Positions 1-8,200 of a stretch of 64,000 nucleotides of DNA are shown piece by piece. Origin of the DNA: Candidatus Nomurabacteria bacterium (GTDB taxonomy: Bacteria; Patescibacteriota; Minisyncoccia; Phycocordibacterales; UBA9973); contig JBPOHQ010000007.1 in the NCBI GenBank assembly GCA_052035405.1, forward strand, positions 12,292 to 76,291, read 5' to 3'. The number at the start of each line of letters is the position of its first letter. The stretch's first letter is position 1. A program made the translations under genes and the position numbers. The notes beneath the pieces are model-generated. The model was not told the origin of the DNA and did not search any database. It saw nothing but the letters and a program-made list of their open reading frames with translations.

Positions 1-212
1 ACAAGTATGATCATTATGGGTTAACTGATTTTGCAGGAATGAACCTTGTTCCGTTTTTAATGTCAGTCCATTATGTTCCTGAATACCAAGAATTATTAAA
101 AGAGAAAATATCCCAAACAAATTATCCTGTGAAGATATTAACTGATGAGCAAGCAATCCTTGTGAAAGGAGACAGTTTTGAATTACTTGGAGGTGAAGAA
201 GTAAAGTTATAA
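1..212 (+). CDS. 3' end of an upstream gene (partial); function unknown
   Basis: Frame stays open from the window edge to TAA at 210-212; translation ends ...TDEQAILVKGDSFELLGGEEVKL. Confidence 0.4.
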   Translation, partial: KYDHYGLTDFAGMNLVPFLMSVHYVPEYQELLKEKISQTNYPVKILTDEQAILVKGDSFELLGGEEVKL

Positions 213-230
213 AGGAATAAATCTAGCTAT

Positions 231-276
231 TTTCTTGCAATATAGCTACTCGAATATCATCCCAAGTTCGGAGCAA
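231..276 (+). repeat. Copy A of a ~46-bp direct repeat (tttcttgcaatatagctactcgaatatcatcccaagttcggagcaa); second copy at 10997-11043
   Basis: About 80 % identical to 10997-11043 with an identical 18-nt core atcccaagttcggagcaa; contains a short stem cgaaY/gttcg; followed by a T6 run. Confidence 0.7.
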
Positions 277-370
277 TTTTTTGAGCCATATTTTGTAATG
301 GTTATTTTTCATACCCTTGTAGGGATTAGAACTATTTTGTGACAGAACTTTTCTATGGTATATTTTTAGT

Positions 371-700
371 ATGCAAATTAATTTAAATGTACAGCCTAAA
401 TATTTTACAGATATTCGTGAAGGTTTGAAAATATTTGAGGGACGTCTCGCTAAAGAGAAATATAGATTACTTAATATAGGAGACACAATATTGTTTGATA
501 ATGGGGATGATACCATTGTAAAAAAGATAGACGGTATTCACATTTTTGACTCTTTTTCTAGTGGAGCAGATTTTCTAGGGGTTAAAAATATTATCCCAGG
601 GATAGAATCAGTTTCAGAGCTTGTGTCCATTTACCGTCAATTTTATTCAGAGGAAGATGAAAAAAAGTACGGTGTGGTGTTTTTAAAACTGATTGATTGA
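371..700 (+). CDS. Small cytoplasmic protein, ASCH/PUA-like domain (tentative)
   Basis: 109-aa ORF; size and sequence reminiscent of ASCH-domain proteins; followed by a terminator. Confidence 0.4.
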   Translation: MQINLNVQPKYFTDIREGLKIFEGRLAKEKYRLLNIGDTILFDNGDDTIVKKIDGIHIFDSFSSGADFLGVKNIIPGIESVSELVSIYRQFYSEEDEKKYGVVFLKLID

Positions 701-735
701 CAAAACACTAAAAACATAGTACTTTACAGAAAGAT

Positions 736-757
736 GGCCCAATGGTGGGTCTTTTTT
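736..757 (+). terminator. Rho-independent terminator (ggccca-atgg-tgggtc + T6)
   Basis: 6-bp stem, 4-nt loop, T6 tail directly after the 371-700 gene. Confidence 0.55.
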
Positions 758-782
758 CTTTCACAATTTAAATCGCATTAAA

Positions 783-1278
783 ATGGAAAATGTACATTTT
801 CGTCCATATCGAAGCGATGATTATCAAATTATCGAACCTTGGTTTGAAGCCTTGGTCAGATTTTATGATGGTCACAATGGTCAAAACAAGTTAATTGACC
901 AATTGGTAGCTGGGCTTGGAGGATGGTGACAAAAATGGTTTCTTTACCACTCGTAAAGAGCTATGGGTTGCCGAACTAAAAGGACAGGTTGCAGGTTTTT
1001 ATTGCCTCAATTACAAAAGAGGCGGTTCTGTAAAACTTGGACCCATGATTACAAATCCTAGCCTTACAGGCAAAGGTATTGGTAAAGCAATGATGTCCCA
1101 CTTACTCGAACAAGTTTCAGGCGAGAGAAAACTTTATGCAACTACCAACGAAAACAATCATGCTATTAATAGCATTTTTGACAAATTTGGTTTACAGATC
1201 TTGAATCTATGGGAAGATACTGTATTGATGTTATGTGTTTCTCAGTCTACGGACTGTAATTTTCAAGTCTTTCGCTAG
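783..1278 (+). pseudogene. GNAT-family N-acetyltransferase interrupted by a frameshift (783-929 in one frame, 916-1278 in the +1 frame)
   Basis: N-terminal MENVHFRPYRSDDYQIIEPWFE... ends at TGA 927-929; acetyl-CoA-binding part ...GKGIGKAMMSHLLEQ... continues in the next frame; the +1 frame only opens after TAG 907-909, so the shift lies in 910-929. Confidence 0.55.
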
Positions 1279-1675
1279 AGGCATCTTACGAGAAAGTTGG
1301 CCACAATACTTCGTTAGGTTCTTTCAAGCGCCACCTGTCGAAGGGATTAATTTACTACTCTTTGGTGTGTAATAAACTAATTCCCTCGAACTTCGATTGC
1401 TGTCGAAATCGCATCAAGGGGCATCCACTTTAATAGCGTCCAAGGGTGGAGGGGATGCCGCGTTTCCGCAAATGCTCTCCACTGATCCTCAGGATTCCAC
1501 AAATAAACGAGAAATTAGCTGGAAGCTAACCTTTTCCATATCATATGGCTATATTATATCAAAGTCCCAATTTCTGATTGCAAGTCTTGCACAAAGTTTA
1601 AATTTATCCAAATTCAACTAGATTTATCACCAATTTTCCTCTATAATTACCCAGTAAATTTAAACAAATTAGGAA

Positions 1676-2104
1676 ATGAGTATATTATCTGGTTTAAACA
1701 AAATAAAGAGCTACACATTCCTTTTGGGCTTGTTCAACTTGCTTTTCTTTTTCATCCCCGGAGCAAGTTATTTATTCCTTTTCCAAAACGAGCTATTTGT
1801 TAGCTTAGATTTTAACAAAATACTACTTCTTTCTCTGGCAATTAACTTTCCAGCCATACTACTGTTTACGTCAGCTCTTATATTTAATCGAAAGAAAAAA
1901 CCGAAACCAACTGAAAACCAATTCTTTAGCATTATTACTGTCTCTAATATATTGGCTGGTTTAATAATGTATATATCTATTATTTCTTCCTATTCTTTAA
2001 ACCTATCTCCTAGACATCAGTTTTACTTTTATTTCGTAATTCTTCTGACGATTTTTATCTATATCTACTGGGATCTAAGAAAGAACGGTGCATTGTTTGA
2101 ATAA
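1676..2104 (+). CDS. Polytopic membrane protein, unknown function
   Basis: 142 aa with 4-5 hydrophobic helices. Confidence 0.45.
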   Translation: MSILSGLNKIKSYTFLLGLFNLLFFFIPGASYLFLFQNELFVSLDFNKILLLSLAINFPAILLFTSALIFNRKKKPKPTENQFFSIITVSNILAGLIMYISIISSYSLNLSPRHQFYFYFVILLTIFIYIYWDLRKNGALFE

Positions 2105-2192
2105 AAAATAGTTTTTGTAGATTACCTATTGAGCAATTTTACTTAGGATTTAAGGGTATTTTTTATCCCAATCTATCATTTTCTGTGCTTTG

Positions 2193-2221
2193 TTGGCACT
2201 AAAACTTATCTAATGTATAAT
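2193..2221 (+). promoter_or_regulatory. Sigma70-like promoter: TTGGCA-17 nt-TATAAT, ~50 nt upstream of the RHS gene
   Basis: Exact -10 TATAAT at 2216-2221 and -35 TTGGCA at 2193-2198 with a 17-nt spacer. Confidence 0.45.
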
Positions 2222-2270
2222 TTATTTAGCAGTTCTTCTATCGGCAATTATTATTAATAACATACATATT

Positions 2271-5200
2271 ATGAAATCACATTTCGTCTCGGGATATATA
2301 TTAAAAAAGTTTCTCTCAGTTTTTCTTATAGTTTCCTTCTTTATGGCGCCACTAGCGCCTATTTTTGCGCAAGAGGCAACCTTGGATAATTCTGCACCTG
2401 TTAGTACAGAGTCATCATCTCCAGTGGTACTAGATATCCTTCCAAGTGTAGATACTTTGACTGTTACATCAAATGAAACAACGATAGATGCATCGCCACA
2501 GATTGATACCACACCTGTAGATACGCCTACGGATGTAATAACTGACCCAAAAGACGAAAAACCTATTGAAGAAGTACCTGTAGATGAAGTTCCAGTTGAA
2601 GAAGAACCTGAGATGATGATGTCGATGATGGGTGGCACTGGAGGATTCCTTGGAGATACTCGTGATTTACCCAATATCGGATTTCCATCAGTAGATAAAG
2701 CTTCTGGTGGATTGTCATATAGCTATCCTTTAACATTGCCTCCTGGAAGAAATGGACTAGACCCAAAGCTTGCTCTTGAATACTCTAGTCAAGAAAATGA
2801 CCAAGGTAATTTGTTTGGTTATGGTTGGAATATCAATATCCCATATATAAAAAGAATCAATAAAACAGGTATAGAAAAGCTATATACTGACAATTACTTC
2901 TACTCCTCACTCTCTGGTGAACTTGTGTTAGTCTCTGGTACTACCTATGCACCAAAAGTAGAAGACGGAAGATTTTTAACTTATACATTTGATGGTACAT
3001 ATTGGACAGTAAAGTCAAAGGATGGATCGGTATATAAGTTTGGATACAATGCTGGTGCAAGACAAAATAATTCCGGAGACACAAAGACTTTTAAATGGAT
3101 GTTAGAGGAAGAGCGCGATACGAATAATAACTATATTAAGTATGAATACTATAAAAATGGAGGCCAAATATATCCTGATACCATAAGCTACACAGGCAAT
3201 GCATCGACCGACGGTATTTTTACTGTTGTGTTCTCTAGAGCTAGTAGAAACGATGCTGTAACTCAAGATTTTGGAGTTTTTGATGTAACGACAAGCTATA
3301 GAATCAGTGAAATACAGGCAAATATTAACGGCACCTGGGCTAGAAAATATACTCTAGGATATTCAAATGGTGACAATAGCCAGAGATCGTTGTTAACTAA
3401 CATTACTGAAGCAGGACAAGATGAAAGTTCAAATACCACCACCCTTTCACCAGTAGAATTTACCTATCAAGTTGCTACAACATCGAGTGCTGACTTCGTT
3501 ACAGATTCAGCTTGGTCCACAGCTGCTTCATCGACAATAAATACAAACCCATCTTATGGAACAATTGTTGCTGATTTAAACGATGATGGTTTGCCTGATG
3601 TTATGGAATCTTGGAGAGGGGCCAATGATGTATGGTATAAAGGAACATATTTAAATGATGGTGATGGTACTTGGACCCAGGATACAAACCTAACTCCACC
3701 AATTGAATTTGCTGGTAACAGTCCATTGAATGAGTTTGGAATTAGATCAGTTGATTTAAATGCAGATGGTTTGACTGACCTTGTACAAAGTTACAGTAAT
3801 GGTCCAGGTCAAAGCAACACAATACAAAGAGTATATATTAATACTGGAACTTCCTGGTCTCTTGATACGAGTTGGCAGCCATCTTGTTTTTTTCTTGGTT
3901 GGCCGCAAGGGGATAGTGGTTGTAGGTTAATAGATATAAACGGAGATGATTTACCAGATTTCGTCAATGCTGTTGGTGATAACAATGGTAATTCACCAAT
4001 CACAACCTCAGTTTATTTAAACACTGGTAGTGGTTGGAGTAGTAGTTCTGGTTGGAGTATTCCAGTTGATTTGCGTTTCGGTGTAATGCTTGTTGATTAC
4101 AATGGAGACGGGTTGGTTGATATTTTGAAAGGATACAAAAATCCAGACGCTAATCCAGCTATTTATATACAAGAGGCGTATAAAAATAATGGGGATAAAA
4201 CTTGGTCTTCTGACAGTGCGTATACACCACCTGTATACTTTGCAGTTCAAACAAATGGTTCTTCCTTGCCAGTTGGTACAGGAATACAACTAGCCGACAT
4301 TAACGGAGATGGAATGATAGATATTTTACGAGGCAGTGAGACTACTGATGGCGCATATTTAAATAAAGGGAATGGTTGGCACTTAACTACTAACTGGGAT
4401 TTTGGACATGGATCAGTGCCAGTTACTAGTGCTTCGCCTGTTAGGTTTGGAGATTTCGATGGTGATGGAATGATAGACAGATACGAAACAAGTGGTAGTG
4501 GTGGTGCAACAATGCAGAAAAATCAAAATGTTAAAGCTGACTTGATGTCTACAGTTAAGAATCAGTACGGCGGTGTAACAACAGTTACATACAAAGGTTC
4601 ACCTAAATACACTAGTGGCGGTTCAATCTTAAATCCTGATTTACCATTTATATTAATGACGGTATATCAGACTTCTACTGATTCTGGTTTTGGAAATTCA
4701 AATATCGTAAACACATACTCCTATGAAGGGGGTGATTATTATTACAACACCATTACAGACAGAAGGTTCTCTGGGTTTAATAAAATATCGGTAAGTGATG
4801 GTACGACTAAAACCACTACTTTTTATCATCAGGGTAATGCTACAGATTCATCAAACGGAGAATACAGTGACCACTCTTCAAAAATTGGTAAAGTGTACCG
4901 AGTAGAAACAAGTGATACTTCTGGGAATGTATATAAAAAGGTTGTGAACAAATGGGATAAATATAATCAAGGCACAGGCCGAGATTTTGTTAAACCAGTT
5001 CGTTCCACAGTATTAACCTATGACGGTGATAGTGATCACAAAGATATAGCAGAGGAATATACCTATGACAATACTTACGGAAATCTAACAGACAAAATAA
5101 TGTGGGGTGAGGTTACTGGTTCCAATGATGGTTCATTCACCGATACTGGATCTGATAAATACACTGAGAGTATTTCATATACCGCTAATACCACAGACTA

Positions 5201-8200
5201 CATTGTGGGCTTACCATATCAAGATACAGTTGTTGACCAAAGTTCAAATAAAGTTCGCGAGTCAAAGACATACTATGATACTCAATCATTAGGCACAGTC
5301 ACTGATGGGAATATAACAAAAGTAGAAAGATGGAAGACGGGCAGTACCTATGTAAACACTCAAAAGGCATATAACACTACCTACGGCATCCCAACTTCTT
5401 CTACTGACGAACGAGGTAAAACTACCACTTATAGCTATGATTTATACAACCTGTATCCAGCTACAGTCACAAATCCACTGTCTCAGGCAGTAAGTTATAC
5501 TTATGACTACTCACTGGGTAAACCAAAGCAATTCACTGACCAAAACAGCTTTGTATATCAGACTGTTTACGACGGACTAGATAGAGTAAAAGAAGAAAAG
5601 GTTCCAGACTTGTCTTCACCATATTCTCCAATAACTAAAACTGCATATACCTACACCGATACTTCTGGATCTATAGCTGTACAGAAAACAGCATACCTTG
5701 ATGGTTCAAACACAGCTCTTTCATATACATACTTTGATAAACTAAATCGACCAATCCAAACTCGAGTAGAAAATGAGAGTGATTATAACGTTAAAGATTT
5801 CTTGTACAATGCAGCTGGATTACTACAAAAGGAATCCTTACCATATTCTTCTTCAGGTACTGCTATTACCACGGCTAACAGCACTGCATCACTCTATCAT
5901 AATTTCACCTATGATCCATTACAGAGAATTTCTACACAAGTAAACAATGTCGGAACAACTTCATATGCCTATGACGACTGGAAGACATCTATAACTGATC
6001 CAAATACTAAGTTAAAACACTATTACAAAGACGCATACGACAATCTAATTCGTGTTGATGAAACAAATAGTGGAAGTACATATAGTACCTATTATGAATG
6101 GAATGGTAATAAACTATTGACTAAGATTACTGATGCATTAAGCAATATAAGAAGCTTTACTTATAATGGACTTGGTCGCAGACTAACAGCGGAAGACATT
6201 CATGCTTCTGCTGATGGTACCTATGGTACTTGGACATATACTTATGATGATGCTGGTAACCTAACTCAAAGTGTGAACCCGAATAGTCAAACTGTTAACT
6301 ACACTTATAATGATATTAATCAAGTATTAACAGAGAATTATACAGGCGATACCGGAACTGAAATTACATACACATATGGAGGGTGCACCAACGGTACAGG
6401 TAAACTTTGTAGTATAAACATGCTAAATGGTGCAGATACTGATTATACATACAATTCAAACGGTGGTATTGCATCAGAGGTTAAGACAATAAGCAGCACA
6501 GGATATACCACTTCATACACCTATGATAGACAAAGTAACATTCTAGAAATTACCAATCCAGACAGCTCTAAGGTTAAATACAATTTCAATACCGCTGGAA
6601 CGATGGAAACTATCCAAAGAAAAGAGAGCGGTGATGCCAGTTATACCAATGTGATTACTGACATGGACTATGGCCCACACGGAAAGAATACTTACAGAGA
6701 ATTTCTAAATGGCATAAATACAACCAATACCTTTGATGCCACCAAGTTATACAGACTAACTAGAATAAATACAATAAACCCAAATGATACTTCCTCTGGT
6801 TCACCGACAACCACCACATTCTACGCTAATTCTTCCGGTGACGGTCATATCGAGGCTTACAATTCAAACTGGGACACTGTGCACGACAATACAGCTGGTT
6901 CTTATATATCTCGTACCGCTACAACGAACGAGGTTCAAGTACGCAGACATTCAGGTAATTATTATATTTTTAGAGAATTCTTACCATTTGATACTTCTTC
7001 TTTGCCAGACAATGCTTCTATTAGTGCTACAGATCTAAGTATATATATTACTGATAAATCTAATGTAGATAACGATGGTGATGACTTTGTTACTGTGGTT
7101 CAAACATCTCAAGCAAGCACTAGTGAATTAGATTACGAAGATTTTGACCAAGCTGGTGCAGTAAATAATCCTACCGAAGGTGTTGCTACTTCCGATAGAA
7201 AAGATATTACTTCTATCAGTAATGGCTGGCTTGCATTCCCATTAAACAGCACAGGAAGGTCTTGGATTTCAACTACTGGTTACACAAAATTAGGTCTTAG
7301 GGAGGGTCATGATGTATTAGACAATACTATAACCAACTTTGACGACGATAATGATGTAAATAGTATCAAGTTTAGATCTGCTAATTATAGCGGTACATCC
7401 TCTGACCCTAAATTAGATGTGACCTATACTATTCCTGTTGCTACCGACTTTCAAGACATTAATTACACTTATGATGCTAACGGAAATATCACCCAAATAG
7501 TTGATAGCTCAGATACTAATGCTTCTAAAACCGTTGTCTACACTTACGATGATTTAAATCGAATGCTAACCGCTACCGCTACAGGCGTGGCGGGTGGTCA
7601 AAGTACTTACACTCATACCTATACATATAACGCAACAGGTAACATAACATCGAGTCCTTTTGGAACTTATGACTATAGCAGTAGTGGTTTTGCAAATCCA
7701 CATGCAGTAACATCAATTGTAAATGCTTTGAATAATAATCCGGTGATTACCTTAACTGGTTCTGACTTGATTTATCTGAATCTGGGCGATTCGTGGACTG
7801 AACCAGGCTACAGTGCCACAGATGCAGAAGACGGTAATTTAACTTCTAGTGTCACTGTGACTGGTTCGGTGGATACAAATACATTAGGAGTCTATAAACT
7901 TATATATAATGTCACAGACTCAAGCGGTCTACCTGCAGCAGGTGTGGCAAGAACTATATCTGTTAGACAGCCTTATAACCCAAAAGTAAAAACATTGGTT
8001 GTGGCTGGTGGTGGTGCAGGAGGAGCTGGAGATGGTTATAGCGGTGGCGGTGGAGGAGGTGCTGGTGGAGTAATTGAAGATAATGCTTTTGGAGTAACAG
8101 CTCAGAATTATAGTATTACTGTTGGTGATGGCGGTAGAGTGACCTATGCAGAGAGTGGAAGTAATTCAGTCTTCTCTACATTAACTGCTGTGGGTGGTGG

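Noticed and set aside
223-516. 97-aa minus-strand ORF
   Set aside because: Overlaps the direct-repeat copy and the start of the + strand ASCH gene; low-complexity translation; no support.
1397-1621. 74-aa + ORF in the GC-rich non-coding patch
   Set aside because: No start context and compositionally odd; the region looks structured and non-coding. A tmRNA identity was also considered, but the 5'/3' acceptor pairing and a plausible tag-peptide frame are absent.
2222-2766. Minus-strand ORFs 2222-2674 and 2563-2766
   Set aside because: Antisense to the 5' end of the giant RHS gene; S/T-rich artefact of the complementary frame.
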